Assembly: GCA_951406725.2 (NCBI GenBank)
Contig: OX597815.1
Location: forward strand, 132,060,001-132,124,000
Source: Octopus vulgaris
Lineage: Eukaryota
Direction: 5' to 3'
DNA: 64,000 nucleotides
Under the pieces are notes generated by a model. The model did no database searches. It was not told the DNA's origin and was given only the letters and a program-made list of their open reading frames with translations. This document shows positions 27,739 to 39,634 of the stretch, one piece after another (positions within the stretch are counted from its first letter, which is position 1; every line of letters begins with the position of its first letter). Made by a program: the position numbers and the translations under genes.

Positions 27739-28159
27739 GGCGGGCTGGCTGAAACGTTAGCACGCCGGGCGAAATGCTTAGCGGTATTTCGTCTGCGGCT
27801 ACGTTCTGAGTTCAAATTCCGCCGAGGTCGACTTTGCCTTTCACCCTTTCAGGGTCGATTAAATAAGTACCAGTTACGCACTGGGGTCGATATAATCGAC
27901 TTTATCCGTTTGTCTGTCCTTGTTTGCCCTCTGTGTGTTTAGCCCCTTGTGGGTAGTAAAGAAATAGGTATTTCGCCTGTCATTACGTTCTGTGTTCAAA
28001 TTCGGCCGAAGTCGACTTTGCCTTTCATCCTTTCAGGGTCGATTGAATAAGTATCAATTATGCACTGGACTCGATGTAATCGGCTTAATGCCTTTGTCTG
28101 TCTTTGCTTGTCCCCTCTATGTTTAGCTCCCTGTGGGTAATAAAGAAAAAAAAATATTA

Positions 28160-28217
<58 letters not shown>

Positions 28218-28445
28218 GATTATTATTATACCAAGGTGGCGCACTGACAGAATCCTTATCACGCCGGGCAAAATGCATAGTTGCATATCGTCCGTCCTTA
28301 CGTTCTGAATTCAAATTCCGCCGAGGTTGATACTCTCATTCATACTTTTGGGATCAATAAAATAAATACCAGTTACGCACTGCGGTGGATGTAATCTAGC
28401 GGTTTCCTCCCCACAAATTTGAGGCCTTGTGCTTCCAGTAGAAAG
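27739..28445 (+). mobile_element. SINE family B cluster (dimer 27739-28148; monomer ~28233-28445)
   Basis: Repeated GTTCAAATTC.GCCGA.GT.GA modules separated by (TTA)n. Confidence 0.85.
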
Positions 28446-29504
28446 GATTATTATTATACTGTTGGTGTTGATCTTGGTATAGAAGGTTCATTGACGCTAG
28501 AATAACTCGCACCTGGAATTTGAACTCAGAGCTTAGAGTAGAGAGAAAAACTGATAAGCTTTTCTGCAGCCAACTCATTGATAACTAACATATATTACAA
28601 ATAATTATTTTATCAATAATGAAAGAATAACTAGCAAAAGAATCCTCTGGCGATATTAGATCCGATAACGTATATGTGATATAATATACAACGTAATGCG
28701 TTTAACACGATTTCCAAGTGCTTCTCCCAATTAAAAATAGTCGTACAACTATCAAATGAAATCAGATATTCGTTGAATAGTGATTATATGAATGTAACAT
28801 AACTGTATGTAGATGGTGATAAATTATCTACTAACTGCAACCGTAACCTAAGCTTGTAAACACAAATGTGATTACTAAATCGAAGCATCGTCAAAACGCA
28901 GGAATCAGTTAATTCTTTCTTGGTTCCAATGATTAATGTAAAATAGATACGCTCAATATTGATTCAACTCTCCTCGGCTTCTGAACATGTATCACAAATA
29001 TGGAAATGGTTTGTAATTATCGTTTTTGCATTCGTTAAATCTACGTAGTACCATCGAGAATTGATGTGTTATTGTTAATTGTATGGGTGTTAAACGATTT
29101 CTGTTTCTTTTTATTCAGCATATAAACTGCATATATATTGAAATCTGCATTTACGTTTAGTTTACTTGATTAGTATTGACAGTATATCCATTTATTACGC
29201 TACTAGCTTTTATGACAAATGTTTAAGCATATCTATAAAACTGATATCATTCCGGCGTAAATTATTTGCTACGACAGAGATGAATATTGATTACAACAGT
29301 AGGTGGCATTTTAATGATAGAACAACAGATACAATTGATATATATGGATGAACATATGCTACACACAAAGAAATATATTTTATATACAGAATATCTGTGC
29401 AGTTAATGACTTCCACTAGATTATGTAGAATGAAATCACTGGAGATGTTTACTGCTGTATTTTCTTTAATTTATTTTTGCTGTTGTTGTTGTTTTTCCTC
29501 TACA

Positions 29505-30290
29505 GGGGGCACACATGCTTATATGGTTAAGAGGCTCGCTTCGCAACAACGCGGTTTCGTACTTAAACCCAGTGTCTAGGACCTTCAGAAAGAGTCCTCT
29601 GCAATAGTCACGCTTAGGAAATTTGGTAGACGGAAGCTGTGTGGAACTGTCTTATATGTAAATTTTATATTTTAATTTTTTGGAGTCATTGTATTGCGGC
29701 TTTGCTGGATCATTCTCTCGAACGCTTCATCCAATCGAAGAAATCGACGCCAGTACTTATATCTTCTTCAAGATTTGTACATTTTCTATTGGTATATTTT
29801 GCCGAAATGCTAAGTTACGGGGACGTAAGAGCCCATAACGCTTCACATAGACAAAAACAAACACAAAGAACACATATACAAAGACACACACACACACACA
29901 TAAATGTTCACGTATATATATAATACGTGTGTATATAAATCTATATGTATATGTATGAATATATACAACGTCGACCAAATCCTCACTCAAGGCTTTTGTC
30001 GGCCCGTGGCTTATAGTACAAGGTGCCAAGCAGTGTGACTGAACATATAACCATATATTTGAAACGCAAACTTCTTACTGTATAACCACAGTGTGTGTAT
30101 TTGTGGTTGTACCAATTAGTAAGCGATGTTTTTTTGTTGTTTGCGTCCCTGTTACCTAGCGGTTCGGCAAAAGAAACCGATGAAATAAGTACCAGGCTTT
30201 CAAATAGATACTGGAGTTGACTGGTTCGATTAACCGTTTTAAGCAGTGCCCCAGCACGGTCACAATCCAACAAATGAAACAAGTAACTTA
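29505..30290. mobile_element. Cluster of diverged SINE family C pieces in both orientations
   Basis: Head at ~29505 (+), body ~29680-30085 (-; GCCGAAATGCTAAGTTACGGGGACG) and tail ~30140-30290 (+; GGTTCGGCAAAAGAAACCGAT). Confidence 0.7.
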
Positions 30291-30999
30291 ATAAAGATCC
30301 TCAGATCATTAATCTTACAAATATATGAAAGCCGCTCCAACAGTGACTGCTCCCGTTTATACACATATTATATCTAGGACCATATTGTCCAGGGTGTATC
30401 TTTGTACGATGATAGAATATTATTTTACGGAAATTTGGTGGAAATGTCTAACTTACATCACTTACAATAAATTATTTAATCTACTCATTATCATTTTGAC
30501 ATGGCTGTTTAGCATGATAGAGGCTTTCGATTACTATCAACAAATAAATATGACTATCAGATTATCCCTTAACAACTAATAGAAAAGTGTCTCCATCTTT
30601 GAGCAAATATACATACACAAAATTATGGAACAAGTAATGATATTTGGGTCGTAGTACTATGTTATCCATATTCTATGTCAGCTGCAAAATTGCTAATGTC
30701 TCACCTTCACATTTTATATTTTCATACAAAGTAGGAACTTTTAGAGACTCAATAGAGAACCAATATTCCATACTGAAGCGTTACTTTCATCTTTCAGCAT
30801 GTGGTAAGTTACATTGGTGCAAGCTTCTTATACAGTTTTAAATCTAGTTTGAAGGTAATTTCGTTTCAGTTCGCTATTGTCCTCCAGCATGAACGTGTTG
30901 TCCTTTCTACGCTTGTCCCAAACGTATAATACTATATTTCACGTTGTGGTAAATTCTACAAATATTTTCACTGTTTCACATCAATTAGTAAATGTAACT

Positions 31000-31300
31000 G
31001 GCTCACTATCGGTTACGACGACGAGGGTTCCAGTTGATCCGATCAGCGGTATGCACTTGAGATTAACATCCAAGTGGCTGAACACTCCACAGACACACGT
31101 AATCTCAACATAGTTCTTAGGGAAAATCAGCATGACACAGAATGTAACAAATTTAGCCCTTTGAATTACAGGCAAAACACATTTTTGCTAGCTCAGTGGC
31201 CTTGAGCAACGGCAGATATGTCTTCCTCAAGAACACTACGCGCCGGGAACCAAGCTCAGAATATTCCGTTGTTGAGCCGAATGCGCCATATTCTAACCAC
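31000..31300 (-). mobile_element. SINE family D, diverged
   Basis: ATCGGTTACGACGACGAGGGTTCCAGTTGATCCGATCA..AAGTGGCTGAACACTCCACAGACAC matches 8485-8580. Confidence 0.8.
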
Positions 31301-31675
31301 ACGCTTTCACAAGTAAATATAACTATGTTAACTATTAAAGCGAAAAGAATTTCTTACAAAATAGTCACAAAGAGTACTTCTGGCAGGTGGGGACAAACGC
31401 ATTGATAATCGGAAAAGAGTGCCGTTGAATTTTAAAATTCCCTTAGAGGAGATTGAAAACAAAAATCTAGCAATATGTATTTGTGACTCTCAGAACAAAA
31501 AACAAAACAAGAACAGGGGAAATGATTTATTTACAAAAACATCGTTGAGTTGCTTCGAAAATATGCCTCTACATTCTAACTTTGGTCGAACCGCTAAATT
31601 ACGGGCATGTAAACACACCAGCACAGATTGTAAAGCGATAGTGAGGAGGGGGGACAAACAGAGACACACGCACAA

Positions 31676-31706
<31 letters not shown>

Positions 31707-31826
31707 CATATATTAGAATGTTTGGAGATAATATACAGTAATTATATATTAGGGGAAATAAGGTAGTCAGAAATGTGGATGGTTTCATATTTGCAGATTT
31801 TTATTAATATGTCACATGTTTTTATA

Positions 31827-31877
31827 ACTCATATATTAGCGCTTGCATCCACTCTAGTGGATTCTTCAGAGTGAATT
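31827..31877 (-). ncRNA. Degenerate minimal HHR motif
   Basis: Minus strand AUUCACU-CUGAAGA-AUCCAC-UAGA-GUGGAU-GCAA-GCGC-UA-..UGAGU. It has GCAA in place of GAAA and a disrupted stem I. Confidence 0.55.
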
Positions 31878-31989
31878 TTTGAGGATATTTGTCTCTTTTT
31901 ATAGTATTATTGAATGAGTAGGGGTAGGGTGAGATATAGGATAGTAAAAGAGGGTGAGGAATGGGGAGAAAGTGAGAGAGGGTGCGTGT

Positions 31990-32650
31990 GTGTGCCTTTG
32001 TATCTGAAAGTAATGTCAATAGAAAAGAGAAGGAAAGGAAGAAGGAAGAGAGAAATAACAAAAAATGTGTTTACTTCTATAATGCTGGTCTGTTTTTTCA
32101 ATAGAAAGTGAGACTTGGCCTTTAGAAATGGCAGAACCTGGTGGATATTCCATGGGCGTTTCTTGTTTTGATAAAAGTCATTTTTCAAAAAATTATCTGG
32201 ATTTCTTTTTATCATTGTCCAGTAAGAGAGAGTGTGTGTGTTTTGTATGTGTGTGTGTGTGTATGTGTGTGTGTGTGTGTACGTATGTGTGTGGGTGCCT
32301 GTGTATCTGTGTCAATGGAAAAGAGAAGGAAAGAATGAAGAGAGAAAGAGGAAAAATGTGTTTACATCTATGCAGCTGGTTAGTTCTTTCAATGGAAAGT
32401 GATTCTTGGCATTTTAACAATGGCAAAACGAAGTGGCTACTCCGAGGATGGTGGGTCTTGCTTTGTTAAAGTTATTTTTCAAAATATTGTCTGGATTTCT
32501 TTTCATCATTGTCTAGTGAGAGAGAGAGAGAGTGTGTGTGTGTGTTTTTGTGTGTGTATGTGTGCGTGTAGGTACCTGTTTATCTGAAAGGAGTGTCAAT
32601 GGAAATGAGAAGCAAAAGAAAAAAATGTATTGACATCTATACCACTGTTC
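31990..32650. repeat. Tandem repeat with ~280-300-bp unit, about 2.3 copies, (GT)n spacers
   Basis: GTATCTG..GTCAAT.GAAA.GAGAAG..AAAATGT.TT.AC.TCTAT recurs at ~32000, ~32300 and ~32580. Confidence 0.8.
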
Positions 32651-33010
32651 AGATCTTTCCATCCAATGTTTGATTCCCGTGCTGGCATGGGTTGTAAAAA
32701 TTGGATGTAAGATTCACACACATTCTAACGTCGGATGAGACGATTCTACGTCTTCAGAGAAGAAATATTACATTTGAGATGCTGACGGTAGCCTCAAGTG
32801 TAAGATTTACAAAGTGTAGATAAACAAATTAAATACATTAAATATATTACATAAATTAAATATTATAGTTTAAGTATGAAATCCAAAATATGTATATCTT
32901 TATACCCACACTAATATATCTAATATATCTGATTTGTTTATCTGCATGATTGCCTCTATGTCCTTTCAACATGATTCCTCTTACAGCCATTCTTTACCTT
33001 GTGAATATAT

Positions 33011-33420
33011 ACACAACACGTAGCCCGGTCCGGGATTCGAACTCACAATCTCACGATCTTAAGATCGACGCTCTAACCACTTAGCCATGCGCCTTCATGG
33101 ATATATATAGATATATATACATGGCTAAGTGGTTAGAGCGTCGATCTTGAGATCGTGAGATTGTGAGTTCGAATCTTAAGATCGACGCTCTAACCACTTA
33201 GCTGCGTATATATATATATATATATATAAGTGGTTAGAGCGTCGATCTTAAGATTCGAACTCACAATCTCACGATCTTAAGATCGACGCTCTAACCACTT
33301 AGCCATGTATATATATCTATATATATATATCCATGAAGGCGCATGGCTAAGTGGTTAGAGCGTCGATCTTAAGATCGTGAGATTGTGAGTTCGAATCCCG
33401 GACCGGGCTACGTGTTGTGT
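33011..33420. repeat. 410-bp nested palindrome built from six alternating SINE-head segments
   Basis: 33011-33200 is a near-perfect reverse complement of 33227-33420, and each arm is itself a fold-back. (TA)n lies at several of the turning points. Confidence 0.93.
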
Positions 33421-33660
33421 TCTTGAGCAAGGCACTTTATTTCACGTTGCTCCAGTTCACTCAGCTGTAGAAATGAGTTGCGACGTCACTGGTGCCAAGC
33501 TGTATCGGCCTTTGCCTTTTCCTTGGATAACTGTGGTGGCGTGGAGAGGGGAGGCCGGTATGCATGGGCGACTACTGGTCTTCCATAAACAACCTTACTC
33601 GGACTTGTGCCTGGGAGGGTAACTTTCGAGGGGCAATCAGCTGAGAACGAAGGGGGGTCT
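33334..33660 (+). mobile_element. SINE family A
   Basis: Head TGAAGGCGCATGGCTAAGTGGTTAGAGC..GTTCGAATCCC; colinear with the reverse complement of 292-629. Confidence 0.9.
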
Positions 33661-34213
33661 CAGCTGCATATCCTTCATAATTTCCTTTCAGCAGTGTATT
33701 GTTCGTTGTTGGGGAACATTAAGTACACGGAATATTCGTTTCGGTTCTATTTCTCATTCGTCTCTAATTTTATTTTGGCCTCACATTTTCCCAGTGAATC
33801 TGATTCTAATCTCACTCAAGTTTTAATTACTTTCTTTGATATTTTGTTAAATGGTCTCAAAACAGAATATTAGATGTCAATAATGTCAGCATTAAAATGA
33901 TAATTAATATGTTAATAGAATTCTGCTATAGAAAGTGTTCGACAGAAACTGGGAAACATTAATTATAAACGAAGTAATGGTTAGATAAATTTAAAAGTGA
34001 CGGAAAACTATAAGTAAGCGTAGTCTCTGTAAAGAATACGTCATACGTACTAACGCGATTAGCATACGTCCAAAAACAAATGTCTAATATCTTAGAAAGA
34101 AGATAAATCCCAAAACACATGCACACACAAGTATGTACACTCACACACACGAGCAAAAGCAAAATGTGAGTGTGACTGTATGTCTGTCTGTTTGACTCTC
34201 TGTCTATCTGAAA

Positions 34214-34252
<39 letters not shown>

Positions 34253-34332
34253 TAGATAGATAGATAGATAGATATATTCATATATATGTGTTTGTATGAT
34301 AGATGTATGTATGTATGTAGATAGATATATAG

Positions 34333-34419
<87 letters not shown>

Positions 34420-34775
34420 TGTATGCATATGTATGTATCCTTGAAATTTTTCCCTAAAAGTGAAATCATGAGAGTGCTGTTTGTTCCTGATTGAATATTC
34501 CAGCGTCTTTCTTTTGTAATTCAATAGGCGCAATATAGTGCCATAACAAATACATTATAGATTTTGTTTACATTCTACTTCGTTCTGAATTCAACTTTCA
34601 TTGTATTCCAATTTGCCATTCTCTCTTAGATGTTGATAAAATTAGACTCATTACTACATCTCGGTTGATTTCTAATATTGCTACATAGATTTGTTTTGTT
34701 ATTGGTAGAAAGTGATCAATATTTTTAAAGATAAAGACACCTATTTTTTCTCCTTCACTTTTCTACTTCTACTCT

Positions 34776-34813
<38 letters not shown>

Positions 34814-35655
34814 ACTCTCTCTCTCTCTCCTTTTCCCTCTCTCTCTCTGTCTACTGTTCATACGCCAGGATTGACCTCTATCCTAACTTCAAATTCCAGA
34901 AATCTGATAACGGTCATCTGTTATCAGATTTCTGAAATTTTCATTATACTGAATGTTGACGCTTTCAATAACATTGCCATTCGTGAAACAACCGCAGATT
35001 ATTAATTTTTGAAAACCATATGTTATTTGTTGTTATATACGCGAAGGAATTCCCACTCACCTCTATCTTATAAGAATATATGAAATCTTATAAAGAAGTT
35101 ACAAAGCTAACTGTATGTATAGTTCTAAACAACAATGCACGAATATTTTTACGATTATAAAATCTTGACATCCTTCTAGACAATGTAGGTATTAAATCGT
35201 CATGAATTCTTAGATTATTTGCTCATTAACGCTTAATTATTCCGTAGCATTTCAATTTTTCATGATTATTTAAGATGTTACGTTATCAATGTTGAAATCG
35301 TCGGTCTCTATTTTATTTACACATTCTTCAAGGGATCTATAAGTAATTCCATAAAGAATTTCTTTTACGGACATTCGGATATTGTTTTGAAATATTTTTT
35401 GTCCACGTTTGCCATTTTCCACTTCGTACTACAATTAAGATTGATGCCACAGCAGTATTTAAATATCTCGCATGACGCTATTATGATGCTAACCAAATTT
35501 CGGCTGCAAATTTCAAGATGTTTATTACCAACCTCTTACATTCGTTTTTACAATTACTGGACTTAGTAGTCCTTTTAAAAATTAAAACACCTTTTACACA
35601 AAAAACAAAACGAGGTATTGAACCTCTTACTTCCGTTTTTACAATATTCCATGGG

Positions 35656-35689
<34 letters not shown>

Positions 35690-35759
35690 GTATTTATATA
35701 TATATGTATGTGTGTATGTGTGTGTGTGTGTGTGTTTGTATGTTTTTTTTATCTGTGTC

Positions 35760-35895
35760 GCCCCAGCAAAAAGAAAAACGATAGAATAAGTATTGGGTTT
35801 GCAAAGAATAAGTCCTGGGGTCGATTTTCTCGACTAAAGGCGGTGCTCCAGCGTGGCCGCAGTCAAATGACTGAAAAAAGTAAAAAAATAAAAGA
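35760..35895 (+). mobile_element. SINE family C, 3' part
   Basis: CGATAGAATAAGTA..CGACTAAAGGCGGTGCTCCAGC..GTCAAATGACTGAAA. Confidence 0.8.
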
Positions 35896-36596
35896 ACACA
35901 ACCATTTCTCTAGTATCTCTGTGTATATCTTGCGATCGTAAATAAATGTACCCCATGAAATTCATCTAGGTTTATGAATTTGTGGATTGAACCATTTACA
36001 AATTGCTAAGAAATATTTAAAGAATCATCAAATTGAGTTCAAGTTAGCATTTAATCAGACAGATCGTAAAAGCAGGAAACCTCATGAACTTGGTGAAGAA
36101 AATGGAAGAATATGGCAATTTCTAATGATTCCTGTAGTAAATGATCGAGAGAAATCTACCCAATGCTTTCTTTCACCGGTTTAGAGATTAAATTGTTTAT
36201 CTATAGCTACTTGATGTAATGTACTTCATGGCCTGAAAGAAGCAATATAACTTCTAAGTAAGTTCCTTCCGTAATCTTGCGAATTGTAAGTTATACAACG
36301 TAATGTAAAGTTATTTAACTTGACCGTGCAATATTAAATATCAAATATAATATTTATGGAGTAAAAATTCATCATTTAAAACGATTGCTTTTCTAGCTAT
36401 CTATCTATCGATCGATCAACCGATCGAGAGAGAGAGAGAGAAGTTATGAGAGGTAATGGTGTCAATAAGACACAAAGCTGTCAGGTAATACTGAGTAAGT
36501 GCATTGGACTGATTATAGTTAAGCTCTAGGCTCGGTGATTATGCGAATGGGGAGTCCAACGTAAGTCATATATGAACATGTGTATATATAAAAAAA

Positions 36597-36799
36597 TAAC
36601 AGAATGAGATAAAAGTCCAAGGCTGTGAAAGTTTTCAGAACATTTATAAATAGGTCTTAAAGCTGTTTCCGGGATATTTTATATATACCTCCACGGGATA
36701 TATAAAATGTGCATTATATCCCAGAAACAGCTGTAAGAGCTTCTATTTATAAATGTCCTGAAATCTTTCACAGCCTTGGATTTTTATTTCATTCTGTTG

Positions 36800-36800
<1 letters not shown>
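36597..36800. repeat. ~80-bp-arm imperfect fold-back containing an HHR 3' half (GAAACAGCTGTA)
   Basis: AACAGAATGA..TCCAAGGCTGTGAAAG..CATTTATAAATAG pairs with CTATTTATAAATG..CTTTCACAGCCTTGGA..TCATTCTGTT. Confidence 0.8.
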
Positions 36801-36839
<39 letters not shown>

Positions 36840-36925
36840 ATAAATATTAGGGAATAAATCCAAATTTACAGGGAAAGAATCAGATTTAGGATTAAATCCA
36901 ATTTTATAGTAAAATATTATATAAT

Positions 36926-37220
36926 ATTAATTAGAGACAAAACCACTATTTTGCAAAACAAACAAGGAAAGACTTAATCAATACATAAAATTTTACTTTT
37001 TTTATTTTTTTTACTTTTTTTTACTTTTTAAACTTTTTTTTTACTTTTTTTACTTTTTTTTTTTTTTACTTTTTTTTACATTTTTTTACTTTTTTTTACT
37101 TTTTTTTATTTTTTTAACTTTTTTTACTTTTTAACTTTTTTTACTTTTTATTAAAATTTTATGTATTGATTAAGTCTTTCCTTGTTTGTTTTGCAAAATA
37201 GTGGTTTTGTCTTAATTAAT
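36926..37220. repeat. ~65-bp near-perfect inverted repeats around a (TnAC)n spacer
   Basis: GACAAAACCACTATTTTGCAAAACAAACAAGGAAAGACTTAATCAATACATAAAATTTTA and its reverse complement at 37152-37211. Confidence 0.9.
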
Positions 37221-37225
37221 ATTTA

Positions 37226-37256
<31 letters not shown>

Positions 37257-37291
37257 ATATATATATTTATATATATATGTATATATATATG

Positions 37292-37366
<75 letters not shown>

Positions 37367-37377
37367 GTACACTGAAT

Positions 37378-37712
37378 CCGCATGGCTCAGTGGCTAGAGC
37401 GTCAGGCTCACAATCAGGAGGTGGTGAGTTCGATTCCTCGACCTGATTGTGCATTATGTTCCTGAGCAAGACCCTTCATTTTCCGTTGCTCCAGTTCACT
37501 CATCTGTAGAAATGAGTTGACATATCACTGGTGCCAAGCTGTATCAGCATTTGCATTTCACTTGGCAAATCGATAGCCTGTAGAGGGGAGGCTGGAATGT
37601 GTGGACCAATGCCAGTCTTTCATAAACAACCATGTCGGGACATGTGCCTGGTAGGATTACTTTCCATGTGCAACCCTATGGACATTCATGACCGAAGGAG
37701 GTTTTTACCCTT
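37378..37712 (+). mobile_element. SINE family A, diverged
   Basis: CGCATGGCTCAGTGGCTAGAGC..GTTCGATTCC..CATTCATGACCGAAGGAGGTTTTTACCC. Confidence 0.85.
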
Positions 37713-37866
37713 TTACACACACGCACACGCACACATACAGTCACGTATATTAAATTCTACTTCTGCGCCATTATCAACAAGTCAGTTTCTTCATCTCATG
37801 CATGCATGTATGTATGTACATACATACATACATGCATACATGCATACATACATACATGCATACATG

Positions 37867-37923
<57 letters not shown>

Positions 37924-37926
<3 letters not shown>

Positions 37927-38392
37927 TATTTTGCCACTTAAATGTGGCTAACACTTAAGGGTGGTTGCTACTGTAACTTGGAGCCCCAGGAGGACCTCCT
38001 CCAGCTGGCTATTGACACACTTTCTGTGCCCTATCAGCATTTGCAAAGGGAAGCCATCCTTGCCGTATTCAACCTAGGATACACACGGACTCGAGTTTCT
38101 GAGTATTGACCCTTCATCAGCGTGTGACAATCACGAGTTGTCGATAAAAAGTAGGCCTCCCTTTGCAAATATATATTATTTTTCCAGTGACGAAATGTCA
38201 CTGATATTGAAGAAGTGTGAACAAGCAATAATAAATCTCTGAGCGAGGTATAAACAGTAGCTGCAGGAGGTATCCTGCTGGGGCTACAAGCTACGGTAGC
38301 ATCCACCCTGAAGGGTTAGCCATATTTAAGTGGCAAAAATACTTCACGATGTGTTGCAGCTACTGTTTATACCTCGCTCAGAAATTTATCAT

Positions 38393-38396
<4 letters not shown>
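37924..38396. mobile_element. ~470-bp non-coding HHR-bearing element with inverted duplications, inserted in (TA)n; probably a non-autonomous PLE derivative
   Basis: 37924-38006 is the reverse complement of ~38259-38344, and 38355-38395 is the reverse complement of ~38226-38265. An HHR lies centrally and (TA)n flanks both sides. Confidence 0.75.
38082..38126 (-). ncRNA. Minimal type I hammerhead ribozyme with canonical core
   Basis: Minus strand CACACG-CUGAUGA-A-GGGU-CAAU-ACUC-A-GAAA-CUCGAG-UC-CGUGUG: 6-bp stem I, palindromic stem III ACUCGAGU and a GUC triplet. Confidence 0.85.
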
Positions 38397-38426
<30 letters not shown>

Positions 38427-38949
38427 TCTTTCTGTCACACACACACTACACACATACACAACACACACACACATATATATTCAACAGAAGAGATGCTGAG
38501 ATTCTCAGCATAGAAGACACTCATTAGTGCTCAAATGAACCAAACTTAAACTTCTATGTCTTTACTGGGTATCAATTCCACGAGCGGGGTAAAGAACGGC
38601 TATAAGACGGTCCAAGCTGTCCAGATACGGAGGAAGTTATGAAGATAAACACACTAGATATATCAAATATAACAATTAGTGTACGAAATATAAAATGCGT
38701 ATATATGTGTACATGCAAAACGAAAGAGAGCAAAAAGTGGAGACTTTCAAACGATGAATATGTAAATATGTAAATATGAATATATTAGATATTAATAAAT
38801 CCAACTTACACAGAGTACAATACTCGTAAAAATGTGGATATATAAATACATAATACATACATACATACACACACACATACATACATACATACATACATAC
38901 ATACATACATACATACATACATACATACATACATACATACATACATACA

Positions 38950-39502
38950 TGGTGGCTGCCCCCTCGTTATCGAGTATGGCCATTGCGCGAAGCTTAATCA
39001 ATGTTGTTATCATGCAATGCCTGTGCAAGAAGATCTTTTTTAAAGTGAGGAAAGGCTGTGCACTGAGTCAATCCCACTCACTAAGCAACAGCAGCCATAA
39101 TCCGAAAAGAAGAACAAGTCAACATCATCGGTAACCACTGAGCCGCAGGTTTTATGTCCGAGTTATCCCAGTTACCTGAGTTACCTTCTCCTAGAAGGAT
39201 GCCCTAACAAAGGCTAGGAGTCCTTCACTCCCAATGGTTTAACCGCGCGATCGGGTATTCAGTCCGATTATTTCTATGTCTCCGCGCATGATACAGCCTT
39301 AAGACATTAATTGGATGGCCGTTGACTCTCAAAAGTTCCTCTGCCCTTTGACGGGTTTTGTTTTTCATCCCGCAGGGTATCCAATATACACCCTCCTCAC
39401 CGAGCAAACTTGGTGGGGTTGCCGGTTTAGTCGCCGACGACCCGACCATGCAATAGGTTGTACTGGGTTACATGTTACCAGTAGCACACGAAAGTGACCT
39501 GA
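38950..39502 (-). mobile_element. ~550-bp non-autonomous RTE-derived (bipartite 5'+3') element in (CATA)n
   Basis: The minus strand has RTE-5'UTR-like GGGCATCCTTCTAGGAGAAGGTAACTC and an RTE-like 3' end CCATACTCGATAACGAGGGGGCAGCCACC followed by (ATGT)n. There is no ORF and no tRNA head. Confidence 0.6.
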
Positions 39503-39600
39503 CATACATACATACCTACATACATACATACATACATACATACATACGTTCATACATATATACATGCATATATGTCTGCATACATACATACATACATACA

Positions 39601-39634
<34 letters not shown>

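Noticed and set aside
33334-33410. tRNA gene (also at 560-629 and 37378)
   Set aside because: The A/B boxes continue into a SINE body and there is no complete cloverleaf or terminator; these are SINE heads.
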